Shown here: piece by piece, positions 1-12,717 of the stretch
How the letters are laid out: each line of letters begins with the position of its first letter
Numbering within the stretch: position 1 is the first letter of the stretch
DNA from: Felis catus
Taxonomy: Eukaryota
Length of the DNA stretch: 64,000 nucleotides
Assembly (NCBI RefSeq): GCF_018350175.1
Contig: NC_058383.1
Location: forward strand, 30,940,001-31,004,000
Direction of reading: 5' to 3'
Program-made: the position numbers and the translations under genes
Notes under the pieces: generated by a model
Told to the model about the DNA's origin: nothing
Database searches by the model: none
The model's input: the letters and a program-made list of their open reading frames with translations, nothing else

Positions 1-200
1 CAGTCAGTTGAACATCTGACTCTCGATTTCAGCTCAGGACATGATCTCATGATTGGTGGGATCGAGCCCCAAGTCTGGCTCCGTGCTGAGAGCCTGGAGC
101 CTGCTTAGGATGCTCTCCCTCCCCCTCTCCCTCTGCCCATTCTCCCCACTGGTGCACACTCTCTCTCAATCAAAATAAACATTTAAAAATATGTATTTAA
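1..200 (+). mobile_element. Can-SINE (SINEC), 5' end cut by the window edge
   Basis: cagtcagttgaacatctgactctcgatttcagctcagg...gagcctgcttagga, CT-rich stretch, aaaataaac tail. Confidence 0.9.
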
Positions 201-399
201 AAATGAGAAGCAAGGTATATACTGTTCTCGTTGGGCTGAGGAACTACGCCCGAGTACCCGAACCCCAAAGCAACCTGATTGTGAAACAGTCTGAAGACCA
301 ACTAAGTTCTTTAGGAGCTTATCATCAGGGGCACCAGCCAGAGTCACATCCAGTCACAAATCAGACCCATGCACCAAACCACTGCTGTTTCCATTAACT

Positions 400-733
400 C
401 AGGGGTTGCGAACTCATTCTTCCGGGAGACACACAGAGAAGGAAATGCGGGCAGCAGGCCAGAGTCAGGCAACAGGGAAAAGGGGGGACTGCGGTAAGTG
501 AAAGAGTACCTGCCCTGTGTGAAGGAGGCGGCTGCTACTCGGCACTGACCATGGCCTGGTAGGGATCGGAGCCCCCCCTTGTTTTCTTTTTAAAGCGAAA
601 TTTAAATTCTTATGCGATAGCTTCCAAGTCTAAAATGTCAGCCAAAAAAATAATTGTTTTCTAATACCCAAGAAGAGAACCACGGCACATCTGAAGGCCA
701 GACTTGGGCTGCAGGTGAACAGCCTCTCCCTCT
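400..733 (+). mobile_element. MER102-like hAT-Charlie DNA transposon fossil
   Basis: caggggttgcgaactc...ggggactgcggtaag...ggcggctgctactcggc...ctaaaatgtcagcc...gaaggccagacttgggctgcagg resembles the recalled MER102 consensus. Confidence 0.55.
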
Positions 734-866
734 ATGATAACCAAATTGCCCTGCGCAGACTGAAACAGTGATCTCTGTTTCCCCCCCTGTGGTCTTCTGG
801 GAGACAAGCCAAACCGCTGAGTCCTACTTCCAAAGGGGCCCTCGTGAGTAGATGCCGTGGACTTAC

Positions 867-922
867 ATTTCAAAATCCGACAAACTCTGGTCTTCGGACG
901 TTTGGCTCAAATCTCCGGGCAC
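867..922 (-). CDS. SNX29: SNX29 internal coding exon just upstream of the PX domain (about exon 17)
   Basis: Minus strand: long pyrimidine tract tctctcccttctcccctttcctgatggcag|GTGCCCGGAGATTTGAGCCAAACGTCCGAAGACCAGAGTTTGTCGGATTTTGAAAT|gtaagt; 56 nt, VPGDLSQTSEDQSLSDFE+AT, phase 0/2; too short for the ORF track. Confidence 0.95.
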
Positions 923-1734
923 CTGCCATCAGGAAAGGGGAGAAGGGAGAGAGAAAACGCATCCTGGTTACCGCGGTTGGCATAATCACGCAAGAATCCT
1001 GCCTCCCAATGATGCTTACACATTTCCTGTTCAGAACAAGGTGAGAAAGCAGTTACTGGAAAACAAGAAGAGACTGTGTGGAAGGATGGTTAGAGACGGT
1101 GTTGGGGTAATATTCCCCATATTCCATGAGGAATCTTGATTACCTTCACAGAAAAAGGACTGTTAATCCTATCGAGATAATAGCAGGCCTATAAAATCGT
1201 GTAATTTTGGAGCTCTAAAGACCTGGTTAGGATCTGAGATACAAGATACCAGAAGAGTAGTGGACAAAACAACCACTGCCACCATGATGAACACAGACGC
1301 ACCGAGGACATAAACACAAAAGGTCAACGTCTGCCCCCAGACGGCTCCACCCTTCCCTGTCACGATACACCAGCACCTGGAAGGCACAGCACAGCTGCCG
1401 TTCCTGACTCAGAAGGGCCCCGGGAGAACACAATTCGGTCCAAGAAACTCCACTGCCTGGCAGGATGGCAGGTTCCCCGTAAAGCAGGTACCGAAAGGGT
1501 CAGCACCAGAAGATGTTCAATAAATGGCGGTATTACGGTCACGGCCAGGGCATGAGCTCCTGATCGGATCTGAAGTGGCCAGAATTTAAGGATGTGGATC
1601 AAAACCAAGAGGAAAGAGTGCAAAGGGGGAGGGTGTGGGCAACTGAGGAAGAGAGCATTGACTTCACACACTACACCTGTCAGAGCTTTCCTGTTACCAC
1701 AATCTGCATCTTTCTTCATAACAATCTGCCCCCC

Positions 1735-1855
1735 CCAACCCCTTCATAGATGAGCAAACAGGCTCAGGGAGGCTGAGACCTTGCCAAGGCCACACATGCA
1801 GGAAGTGGGTCTGAATTCAGATCTGTCCAACCGCAAAGGCTTTTCTGCCAAACCC
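1735..1855 (-). mobile_element. MIR SINE fragment
   Basis: catagatgagcaaacaggctcagggaggctgagaccttgccaaggccacac matches the reverse MIR core. Confidence 0.65.
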
Positions 1856-3292
1856 TCAGCAAACACAGGGAAAACCCGCTGTGGGGTGGAAGGAGGTGAG
1901 ACCTGGACCCTTTCCCGGGGGCTGGAGATGCCAGAAGGCACTCCTTAAAGACACAGTGGGTTCTCTCCGAGGCAGGAGGATGCCATGATTATGGAGCCTG
2001 CACTCTGGGGCCACAAGGCTCAGGGTCAACCCCAGCCCCAGCTGTTCTAGACCCTGTAGCCACGAGCAAATCACTTGCCCCCTCTGGTCACACTGTCCTC
2101 ACCTGTAAAACAGGCAGGACAGTCATAGCACTCAGGGTTCACCTACAGACAAAATGAGCTGATGCCTACAGAGTTCCCAGAACAACACCTGGGAGGTAGG
2201 ACGTTCACGGTAACTGCACTGTACTAACAGTATGGCCGTTACGGAGAAAAGGCTCTATGTTCTGTTATCCTTGACACAGAGAATCTGTCCTGCCAACCCA
2301 AAGGCCGTCTCTCCCCACAGCCCAGGGGGAGGACACCCAGCCTGGGCCCTGGACAGATGTGTGCAGCCAAGCAATTAAAATGGGCTCCATGAGCAGGTTT
2401 GGCTAAGAAGCTGCTATGGAGGGATTCCTTCAACCCCAACAAGGAGGTACATGCCTACCCCGCAACCTGAGAAAACTTCAGCTTAAAGGGACGAGGAACT
2501 CACTGGGCTGGTTGGTGTGGCCCTTCTGTTATGGCGTCCGTCATTTTTCCTGTGGACGGCTGGGAAGACGGTTTAATCTATTAGGGAAGCCATGACACTG
2601 TGTCCCCCAATCCCTAAGAACATCCACATGCTCTGACCCAGACACCTCATTCCTACGGTTTCTCTGGAGGAGATAACCAAAGACACAGACCGAAATTTAC
2701 ATCAAAGATCATTCCTCTTTCGATGGCTGAGATTTTTGCAAATCATCTAAAGGTCCAACTGTAGAGAAACCACTCAGGAAATGATGGCACGTCTGTACGA
2801 GATGGCCAGATTAAACAAAAAATAGGTTACATGTGCACACTCATGAGGGTACAAGCATGAAAAGGATTCTGGAAAAATACAGAAGAACATTAGCAGTGGC
2901 TACCATTGATAATACAGTAGGAGTGGGAGTGGGGAGAGAAACAGACCAAATTTGCATTGGCTGTATTTCCATAAGACTAAAATAATCTATCTTTCGAATG
3001 AACTGCTTTAGAAAAAAATTTTAAATGTGCTTTTGAAGAACAAAATAGCTTTCCGTGTGCGGTCATGAAAAGATCTCCAGGAAAGATCAAGAGAAAGCCT
3101 AAGCAGGGTGCAGGTGGTGGGTCTAACGTACTATCCTTAACGCACAAGTGCAGAGGTAACTATCAAGCTGTATTCGTCTGTTCCGGCATTGAGAAGCACT
3201 AGCAGGGAAATTTAAGACACCTACAAAAGGAGCACCCAGTGGGCACTGGGGGCCTGGACAGCCGGCAGAAGACACTGAAAATGAGGCTATTT

Positions 3293-3518
3293 GGGGGTGC
3301 CTGGGTGGCTCAGTCGGTTAGGCATCTGGCTCTTGATTTTGGCTCAGGTCATGATCTCGTGGTTCATGAGATCGAGCCCCAAGTCAGGTCAGCTTGGGAT
3401 TCTCTCTCTACCTCTCTCCCTGCCCCTCCCCTACTTTCCAGTTCTAAATATATAGATAGTAAAGACATAAATAGTAAATCTCTCTAAATAGATAAATAAG
3501 TAAACACTTTAGAAAAAG
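3293..3518 (+). mobile_element. Can-SINE (older copy)
   Basis: ggggtgcctgggtggctcagtcggttag head, CT-rich region, AT-rich tail. Confidence 0.9.
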
Positions 3519-3526
3519 GAAAATGA

Positions 3527-3734
3527 GGGGCGCCTGAGTGGCTCAGTCAGCTAAGCATCCGACTTCGGCTCAGCTCATGATCTCACGGTTCATGGGATCA
3601 AACCCCGTGTGGGGCTCTCTGCTGTCAGCACAGAGCCCACTTTGGATCCTCTGTCCCCCTCTCTCTCTATGTATCTCCTGAGCGCTTTCACTTGTACTCT
3701 CAAAAATAAAGAATAAAATAAAACATTAAAAAAA
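3527..3734 (+). mobile_element. Can-SINE (SINEC_Fc-type), tandem to the previous copy
   Basis: ggggcgcctgagtggctcagtcagctaagc head; ctcaaaaataaa tail. Confidence 0.92.
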
Positions 3735-3857
3735 GAAAACGAGTCCATTTACTAAATATCCTTTTATATCATTTGAGTTCTGAAATAACGTACTGCCAAT
3801 TGAATATTTAAATAAAAACGTATTATCCCGCCAGAAGAGAGCTTCTGATAGATTTTT

Positions 3858-4076
3858 TAAAAAATTTTTTTTTCAACATTTATTTATTTTTGGGACAGAG
3901 AGAGAGAGAGCATGAACGGGGGAGGGGCAGAGAGAGAGGGAGACACAGAATCGGAAACAGGCTCCAGGCTCCGAGCCATCAGCCCAGAGCCTGACGCGGG
4001 GCTCGAACTTCCGGACCGCGAGATCGTGACCTGGCTGAAGTCGGACGCTCAACCGACTGCGCCACCCAGGCGCCCC
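3858..4076 (-). mobile_element. Young SINEC_Fc
   Basis: Near-consensus with CpGs intact; TSD tgatagattttt at 3846-3857 and 4078-4089. Confidence 0.96.
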
Positions 4077-6019
4077 ATGATAGATTTTTAATGGCATAGC
4101 CAACAGCTCCTTGCCTCTGTTTCACAAAACGCTGCTTGGAACTGTGAATTCTTAAGCACGACTTAGGACGTCCACCCATCAGTAAGGTCAGAATGAAACG
4201 AGGGGAAAGGGGACACCGGGGAGAGAGAGGTCACATGGATTGCGCTTTTCTGGACTTTCTACACTGAAAGTGCATTGATCACGTAACCGTAAACAGACAC
4301 ATATTACGTGTTAAGTGTCTCTCGTGTAACTGTGTAAAGTAAATAAAATACTCTGCCCGATGCCCAGCCCGCCCCCTGCAAAATGCACTTGGCTGAAATG
4401 CAGAAAGCTGTGAAGAAGGTAGAGACTTTGCCTTCAAATGCTCTGGAGTCCGGGATGCAGAAAGACAAGGGGAGGCTCTGAAGGCCCAGCACCGCGCACA
4501 CACCCCGCTCCCCTTGGCTCTTCCACACGGAACCCCGTGGCACGGCCAGGACTCTAGCACCTTCTCTGGCATGGCCGTGGGGCGGCCCTTGGCCTCTCTT
4601 TTCCGAGCTTCCCCCTTGACACCCGGGTCTGGGGAAGGTTCCTCGGGCACGACAGGAGAAGCAGGTACGCATACTGGAGAAGGGACTGCCAGACTGAAGA
4701 CGGCTGCCACACCATTTCGTGCATGGTGACGCCATCTTTCCATCAGCCTGGTTTCACACTGGAAGCGAACAGAGCTCGGACCCAGGGAGCTGCACTCGCA
4801 AGAGGGAAGGTTCTGACTGGATCGACCCCACAAAGCTGAAGGAAAGGAGACCAGAAGAACTCAAGGAAAAGAGAAGGTGAGGGTGTTAAGGACAGACATC
4901 ACTTTACAAGGCTAAGAACAAAGAAAGCCGCTTCTAAAAAGGAATCGATTCTCAGAAGGCAGTATTTTCTTCACACATACGTTAACTCTCGGGGGTGCTG
5001 ATTTTTAAGAATCATCTTGGACAATGGATCTAAGTAGCTGGAAGGTGTTAAACCCTTCTGAATTAGGACATGGGCCACAAACATCCCTTGTGACCGCCCG
5101 AAGCTACAAGGAAAGCCTGGAGGGACACGTCTCTAGGATATGGCCTGTGTTGGCTTCACCCTCAACAGGGGGCATAAAACAGGGATCAGCAACACGGATG
5201 TTCTCATTCACTTCTCCCAGGCCTTGGAGAAAAGGCGGGTCCCCGCCTGGCCTGTGGGCTGGGGACTCACGTGGCAGCACGTGGGCGCAGGAAAGGCAGA
5301 GCCCGCTTCTGGAGACACAGAGCAGCCAGCATTCCCGGATCCTCCTGGACAAACACCCCAGGTGCTGCACACACACGGATGGGCGTGGGGGGGCAGGCGA
5401 GGCTCACAGAAAACACTCTTCTGGGCTGCGTTAGCAAAGAAGCTTCCCCAGTCTTTCCCAACTCAGGATTTCACGAGCTGCTTGGGGACGGGGGAGCAGA
5501 GATCGGCCAGCTCACCGTAGCCCCTCACAACTGGGCCAAAATGGAATCCAGACGCTGGTTCACCCTGCTGTTCTGACCTAGAATTCCTCAGACCTGGGAT
5601 AAGGGCTCAAAGAACTGAGACTTGGCCAAAACCAGTAACAAACATACTAAGTAAGTGCTTATTTAAACAGGAAGGGAAGGAAGGAGGAAGAGAGAAAAGA
5701 AATAATCAGTCAACTGCCAGAGCCACAGGAAAATCTCTTCCCTCCTCCCCCTTTCAGAATCAGGATGGAAGTAGGGGCAGCGAGAGTGGACAGAGAAACT
5801 TCCCTTTCCTCGGAGCTGCCCTGACTTCCAGTCCCGAGGGGCTGCAAACACAGACACATCACCACCAGGCATCATCAAAGGCTTCCTGCGTCACAAAGTG
5901 CTTTCACATCAAAATCATCCCAGATCCTCCCCATCCCAGCCCTGTGGGCACAGGGGTTCCCCGTCCACCCCATTCCGCAGGCAAGGACAAGGGGATTCAG
6001 CGTGAATAAACAAAAGCAA

Positions 6020-6225
6020 CAGAGATGTCAGGAGGCCAGCACCAAATACCAGATGAATCAGCACGCCATCGTGGATGTCCAGCTCAGGTGAGCCCCAGAC
6101 CGCAGCGTATGGTGGAGCAAAACCACTCAGTTACCCCCAGAACCATGAAATCCAAGAAAATGGTTGTGTTTTGGCGTCATTAAGTTTTGGGGTGGCTTGA
6201 CATGCAGCAATAGGTAGCCCAAAAA
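6020..6225 (+). mobile_element. MLT1-type (ERVL-MaLR) LTR 3' fragment
   Basis: cccagaaccatg...ggttgtgttttggcgtcattaagttttggggtggcttgacatgcagcaataggta resembles an MLT1 3' end. Confidence 0.5.
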
Positions 6226-8081
6226 GTAACTTTCCCAGGGTCATTCGGCTGGTAAGTGATCGAGGAGGGAATGGCACTTTTTACCCCTAAAGCTACGCCA
6301 CCTCCCACTACAAAATCCCTGGTCTTTGCATTTTGCTTCTGCAAAAGGAGAAGCCCAGGAGATGAAGTAACCCAGACTCACCCGGGAGGGGCTCTGCTGG
6401 TACAGAGACCTCAGATGGAGTGAAGGAAGCCCGGAAGGACTCAATCGCTCAAGAGCAGATGTGCACAAGTGTCCACATGAGTCTAAAATCCTAAGCCTTC
6501 CTTAACAAGCCTGTTTTCTTTGATGGGACAGGGTGATTTTTGGCAGATGCCCGGCCTGGAGGAACAAGGCGCGGGCCTGACCCAGTCCAAAGTGGCTGGC
6601 TCTCTCCCAAGGAAACCCCAGGTCCTTTCCCACCTTCGGATAATACACGCGTCAGCCTAGAGTCTGAGCAGAATGCGTCAAGTCTCAGTGGACTAACAAA
6701 AAATGGGATGTTCTGCGAGAGAAGTCACCTGGCTTCAATAAATCCCGGCTTCTTCCTCACCTACCCCGTGACAACCTGTCTCCGAGTGCCCTATTAGAGA
6801 CAATCAACAAAGATGGGAAGGACCACCCAACATGTGTTGAACACCTACTGTGTGCCAGTGTGTTCCCACATGTAATCCTCAAATCACGTGCGCAAGTAAC
6901 ATCTCAAGTCACGTTCCCCTACCCCCTTCCCACAACCTGTTTGTACGCCCTTCCAGATTCAGCTAAAATGTGCATTCCCGGGAGACACCCGCCTAGACCA
7001 CAGAAACTAAACACATCTCCGCTGCCACCTCTATGGTTCACGCTGTGCGGCTGGCCATTAATCCATTCCGGTTAGTCTGTGTACTGGTCCCTCCTTGTGA
7101 GCTGGGGGACACGTGCACTGTATGTCACGGCAGCCTCGCCTGGCACCCGTCACACTGAGGACGCTGAATTAGTATTTGTGACTGCCGAGACGGAGAATGA
7201 TGTGAGCTGTCTTTCCACGCTGAAATGTCTATTTTTAAACTGCTTCGGAGCAAATTTGCAATCCTCGTGCATGATAAGGATAACTTAGTTTGGAGTTAAG
7301 AAAAACCAGAGGAAGACAACGGTACTCTCTCTCTCTTCTAATTACACGGCTTTCAGATTTACCGCTCGGAAGAAAAGCAAAAGGCAGACGTTCTGGAACA
7401 GCAAACCTGTGTCCCAATCACGAAATGACACCCATGGTTTACATTTTCCACAGTCACCTTCTCCATCATGGTTCTTCTCGAAAAGCCTTCCCTTAAGCAA
7501 TTAGCTCTCACTTTGTGTTGCCAAACACAACTATTTCCCAGCCCAACTGTACCCCTGCTCTCTCGTCTTGTTTTTTTTAATAAGGAACAAAATGTGCCAT
7601 GGCACGGCTGTCTTCCACCGTGGCTGGCCAAGCCAGAGAGCAGACAGACCCAGGGCTGTGCTCTGAGTACTAAGTCGGCCTGGGCTTCCCGGCCCCACAG
7701 GAGGCAACCAGCCCAGGGCTGGACCACTTTCAGGCTTCTGGGTTTATCTATTTATTTGTTCTTTTGTTTTACAAACAGTTAGAGGCATTTGCATGGTTTA
7801 AAAAATCAGCTGAGGTCAAAGACCCTCCGTGGGGAGTAGAGAACTGGCAATGAAGGGCTTTGGAGAGTTTTTTATGCTGTCCTCTGGGAAACTCTGGAAG
7901 CCTGAACAAATGCGGACTATTACATTTCTGTGATGTGGGTTTTCATGTGTCTGCTTCTCCCCAAAGACCATGAGGATCTCAAGGACAATATTTCCAGAGC
8001 CCATCCTGGCCCCAGGCACTTAGTAATTGCTCAATGAATATTCCCATTGGATAGAAAGGTGAACACATACAGAAATGGATA

Positions 8082-8297
8082 GTGGCGCCTGGCTGGCTCA
8101 GTCGGTTAAGCCCCCAATTCTTGATTTCAGATCAGGTCATGATCTCACGGTTCGTGAGACTGAGCGCCCCCATCAGGCTCTGCGCTGACAGCATGGAGCC
8201 TGCTTGGAATTCCTGCCCCAGCTTCCCCCTTCCCTGCTTGTGCTCACACGCTCGCTCTCTCTCAAAATAAATAAACAAATGTTAAAAAAGAAAAAAA
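8082..8297 (+). mobile_element. Can-SINE
   Basis: gtggcgcctggctggctcagtcggttaag head; TSD agaaatggata / agaaatgggta. Confidence 0.92.
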
Positions 8298-8808
8298 GAA
8301 ATGGGTAAATGCACGGTTGGAGGAGAACAGGAATTTCAGGGAAGGGGCATGAGGAAGATATCCAGTTAACTAAGAACGGACAACTAGTTTCTCTCCAAGT
8401 AATAAAGATGCATGAATTACATAGGTACACTCACCTGCCCGAGAACATACATTGCAGCACCATTTACGGCGGTAAGAGCCAGGGAACTAGCAACGATACG
8501 CAATAAATGACCTCTAGGATGTAGTGTCAAATGACAACAAACACACAACACAACAGGCGACCTGAGGTACTGTTTTCATCAAGGACTTGGAAGACAGACA
8601 CGCATGCGTGCTTTTGCATCTGCATTGACCATTTCTAGAAAGACACACAGAAAACTGGCAACAGTGAATGCCTTCAAAGGAAGGACACTGAAAAGCAAGG
8701 GTGTGAGGGGGACAGAATTATTTTTTACTGTACAACTTTATACCTTATCAATTACATGCAGGAGTAAGATACCCTTTCAAAAAATAAATGTAACAACCTC
8801 GACATTTT

Positions 8809-9229
8809 GTCTTAGCTTTTATTTACTTATTTTTTTTTCCAACGTTTATTTATTTTTGGGACAGAGAGAGACAGAGCATGAACAGGGGAGGGGCAGAGAG
8901 AGGGAGACACAGAATCGGAAACAGGCTCCAGGCTCTGAGCCGTCAGCCCAGAGCCCGACGTGGGGCTCGAACTCACGGACCGTGAGATCGTGACCTGGCT
9001 GAAGTCGGACGCTTAACCGACTGCGCTGCCCAGGCGCCCCTATTTACTTATTTTTTGAGAGAGAGCGCGAGCGAGTGAGTGACGGAGGGGTAGATAGAAA
9101 GGGAGAGAGACCATCTTAAGCAGCTCAGTAAGGACCCTGACACAGGGCTCAATCCCATGACCTTGGGATCATGACCTCAGCCAAAATAAAGAGTTGGACG
9201 CTTAAACGACTGAGCCACCCAGGTGCCCC
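8809..9229 (-). mobile_element. Older Can-SINE interrupted in its tail by a young SINEC_Fc
   Basis: Head ends ...tgagccacccaggtgcccc at 9229; degenerate TSD aacctcgacatttt / aaccttgagatttt. Confidence 0.85.
8836..9040 (-). mobile_element. Young SINEC_Fc nested in the older SINE
   Basis: Near-consensus; TSD tatttacttattttt at 8820-8834 and 9041-9055. Confidence 0.95.
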
Positions 9230-9556
9230 ATAACCTTGAGATTTTAAATTAAAAGTATTCTACGATGGGGGGAAACGTGACAGTGACTACCTCTGAGGGA
9301 GTCACCAAGAAGGAGCATCAAAGAACATTCTGGGGAGACGGCAAAGTTCTGAGTTTTCTGCTACACAAGTGTGTTCAATTGTCAGAACTCAGTGAGCATA
9401 CGGTCAAGATGTCTACATTTCACTCTATGCAAACTTTCCATCAAAAGCTTTTTTAAAAAAGTAAGAAACACTGAACTCCAGTCAATGATATCCTCACTAA
9501 AGTCATTAGGAAGAAACATATACTAATAACTGTAATTTAGTTTGAAATGCATTTTT

Positions 9557-9730
9557 TTAAAAAAATTGTTTTTCATGTTTATTTATTTTCAATAGAGAGA
9601 GCACAAGTGGAGGGAAGGGCAGAGAGAGAGGGAGACACAGAATCTGAAGCAGGATCCAGGTTCACAAACTGTGAGATCATGACCTGAGCCAAAGTTAGAA
9701 GCTTAACCGACAGTGTCACCCAGGCACCCC
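9557..9730 (-). mobile_element. Can-SINE with internal deletion
   Basis: TSD tgaaatgcattttt at 9543-9556 and 9731-9744; head ...cacccaggcacccc. Confidence 0.9.
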
Positions 9731-9758
9731 TGAAATGCATTTTTAAAAGATGAATCGT

Positions 9759-9984
9759 GGGGCGCCTGGGTGGCGCAGTCGGTTAAGCGTCCAACTTCAG
9801 CCAGGTCACGATCTCGCGGTCCGTGAGTTCGAGCCCCGCGTCGGGCTCTGGGCTGATGGCTCAGAGCCTGGAGCCTGTTTCTGATTCTGTGTCTCCCTCT
9901 CTCTCTGCTCCTCCCCCGTTCATGCTCCGTCTCTCTCTGTCCCAAAAATAAATAAACGTTGTAAAAAAAAAATAAATAAAAAAA
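9759..9984 (+). mobile_element. Young SINEC_Fc
   Basis: ggggcgcctgggtggcgcagtcggttaagcgtcc...gtcccaaaaataaataaacg; TSD taaaagatgaatc at 9744-9756 and 9985-9997. Confidence 0.96.
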
Positions 9985-10428
9985 TAAAAGATGAATCAAT
10001 GGGATATAAAGGGAGAGAGCAAAAGGGATGGGTGGAGGAATGGAAGAGAAAAGTATAGTCAACTGTTAATGGTGGACTCCATGCGATGAATATACAGGTG
10101 TTTATGGTGAAATTTTTCAAGATAACTCTTTTAAAATTTTCTAAAAGAATGTTAGGAAAAAACAAGTTTTGATCAACCACGTAGAACAATGGAATTACCT
10201 TTCTAGTCTCTGCAGAGAAAATGACAAGATATTGCTGTCTTACAAAGAAAATATCAGTTTACAGCTTAAAAATGTTGGAGAGAAAGTATTACAGAAGTGC
10301 GTCGGGTGGTTAATAAAACTACTTTGGTTCTCTGGATTCTGAGACATTAGTGGTATTTATCACGTGTTTAAAAATGAAAATGTGTTGTGATTGATCAAAT
10401 TTGTCTTTTTTTCTTAAAGGACTGGATT

Positions 10429-10680
10429 GGGGCACCTGGATGGCTCAGTAGGTTAAGCGTCCGACTCTTGATTTCGGCTCAAGCATGATCTCACGGTTCA
10501 TGGGATCAAACCCCACATCGGCTTCTGTGCTGATGGCACGGAGCCTCCTTGGGATTCTATCTATGCCCCCTCCCCGGCTCGAGTGCGTTTGGGGGGGGGA
10601 AGGCGGCGCACGTGTGTGTGTGTGCACGTGCACACAGGCACATGTGCTCTTTCAAAAATCGCTGTAAAAGGTAAAAAAAA
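10429..10680 (+). mobile_element. Can-SINE whose CT tract is replaced by a G-run and (GT)n
   Basis: ggggcacctggatggctcagtaggttaagcg head; degenerate TSD aaaggactgg / aaatgactgg. Confidence 0.88.
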
Positions 10681-12502
10681 TGACTGGGTCGGGACATGGG
10701 TCAGCTGGGATGGAGCTGACTTCACCTGTGGCCAAGAACAAGTCTCTACCCTTCTCTGAGCCCTCCTTCCTGCTGCAGAACAGGGCAAAAGCAGCTGCCC
10801 CATGGGGCTGCTGGGAGGGCTCAGAAGGCCCCCCCAGGACCTATCCCACCGAGCATCTGGCGGAGAACAGACGCCCCCCCGCTAAGCGGCAACCACTCCC
10901 ATCATTCATGGGTGGAGTTCAAGGGTGCTGCACAGACAGGTCAGGACCCAGCAGCCCTCACCCACGAGTGAAGGGCCAACTGCCCCATTCTACAGATGCA
11001 CACACCTGCCAGTGCTGGATGTTTGGTCCACCAATCTATGCTAAGTTCCTCTTAAGGGCCAGACACTCCCTTACCAGGGAGGCGACAGCCAGCAGGGACA
11101 AAGCCCTGTGGCTCACAAAGCCTACAATCCATGAGGAGAGACGGTCTCCAGATAAACCCATCAATGCCGTTAAGTGTCCAGGTCCGCGCAGAAGCAAAGG
11201 GTAAGTAAGGCTTCCAGGAGGGGGAAGGGCAAAGCGGCTGGAGGGGAGGCTGAAACACGAGGGAAAACAGCAGGACTCTGGTCCTCGCTCGGACAGTGAG
11301 AAGTCCCGACGGGAGGGAAGCGAGGGAAGCCTGGGCCAGCTGGAGTTTCGCTCAGTCTCTGCGGCCACAGAGCGGTGGCTGGAGGCCGGCAGGAGGGAAC
11401 AGCCAGGCGGCCCCCGCACACGCTTCTCACACACACCCCTGATCGTGAGTGCGTACAGGGTCATTTGCCACCCTCTCTGCCTTTCCATCGACAGACTGTT
11501 GTAAGGCTCGCCTGTGAGAGTACAAATCACCAACTGTCTACAGTTTCTCTGGGCTTAACTTACCAGGACATAAAGCAATTCTTCAGAATCCTCAGCAATC
11601 TCCAGTGAAAGGTGCAGGAGAGCTGGGAGCACCAGCTAATCTGAGCTCACTCCTGCTACAGAGGGGGGTCCTGAGGCCCGGGGGGGGGGGGTGGGGGGGG
11701 AGCTGGGACACACAGCCTCACCGGGGCTCCTCGCTGCAGGCTCCTATAGCCTCACACCACGTGCGGGCGGTGGGAAGGTGCTTACCTGCTCCTGACAGGT
11801 TCCCAGCTTTCTAGTAGCCGTGTCCCTCCCCCAGGCCCTCTTTAGCAGGAGAAGGTTCCTCTTTGATAGGACCCCCACTTCGCATATCTAAGGAAGAGAT
11901 CCTCTTAAACAAAGAGTTAAAAAAGCGTGATGTTTTCAAGAAGAAAAACGTTCAGAAACCACTAAGGAACCGCCTCATTCATTCTCATTTCACCCTTACC
12001 TCCCATGGAACGGCCAGAGAAAACGAGGCACAGGGCAACCAGGAGGTGCAAACACGAGCATCCAAAGCCGGCCTCGCTAGGATCGTGGGGAAGTGGAGTG
12101 TGCGTGCAGGACTTCCCCAAGCACGCGCAGACACGACGGTGATGGTCACTTAGAGCCCAGCAGGGGCCACCAAGCAGCACTCAGGAGCAGTAACAGGTAC
12201 TGTGGATGTTAGAGCACCAGGTCTGAGCAGCTCAGTATCACCCAGTAGCGGATGAGGGTATGTCTGGGTGAACCCACTGGAGACATCAGACTACAGGGAC
12301 AACAGAAGGTTCCTGCCATGTCTATCACCTCTGATGCTGTCTCCTTGCAAACAGCACCCCCTTCTCACCCCCCTTCCACCGCCCAGCCCCTTGAGTGCAC
12401 AAGGGTAGGTGTGTCGCTGGGGCAACCCTCCAGGGCAGAGACAGTGGCACATTCACGTTGCCAATTCGAGCCTGAAACCCAGGGCCTCCCCATATGGCAG
12501 AT

Positions 12503-12717
12503 CAGGGACTGGCACACCACGGCCCACGGGCCAATCCCAGCCTGCTTTGGTAGATAAATTCTCACTGGAACACAGGGATGCTTGTACAACCTTTATCATC
12601 TAGGGCAGCCTTCACATTACCTCCACAAGGTCGAACAACTGTGACAGAAACAGTGTGGCCCACCTTCCTAAAACACGTGCTATCTGGGCGTTTACAGAGA
12701 AACTTGGCCAACTCCTG
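12503..12717 (+). mobile_element. MER58A-like hAT-Charlie MITE
   Basis: cagggactggcacaccacggcccacgggcc...ctggaacacag...gtgacagaaacagtgtggccc...tatctgggcgtttacagagaaacttggccaactcctg, with terminal inverted repeats. Confidence 0.75.

Larger units (their letters stand above)
9250..10160 (+). mobile_element. Ancient L1M (L1MC/L1ME) 3'-end fragments interrupted by two SINEs
   Basis: aacattctggggagacggcaaagttctg...gtgtgttcaattgtcagaactc...; ...aaaagtatagtcaactgttaatggtggactc...atacaggtgtttatggtgaaatttttc. Confidence 0.6.

Noticed and set aside
3873..4179. ORFs with GAWVAQSV/GAPGWRSRLS motifs recurring through the window
   Set aside because: Can-SINE translations, not genes.
9759..9840. tRNA-like A/B box sequence (TGGCGCAGTCGG...GTTCGAGCCC)
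   Set aside because: tRNA-derived head of the Can-SINE, not a tRNA gene.
11680..11700. Poly-G runs as G-quadruplexes (also near 44158, 46468, 51916, 61413)
   Set aside because: Common in GC-rich introns, homopolymer lengths are error-prone, and there is no functional context.
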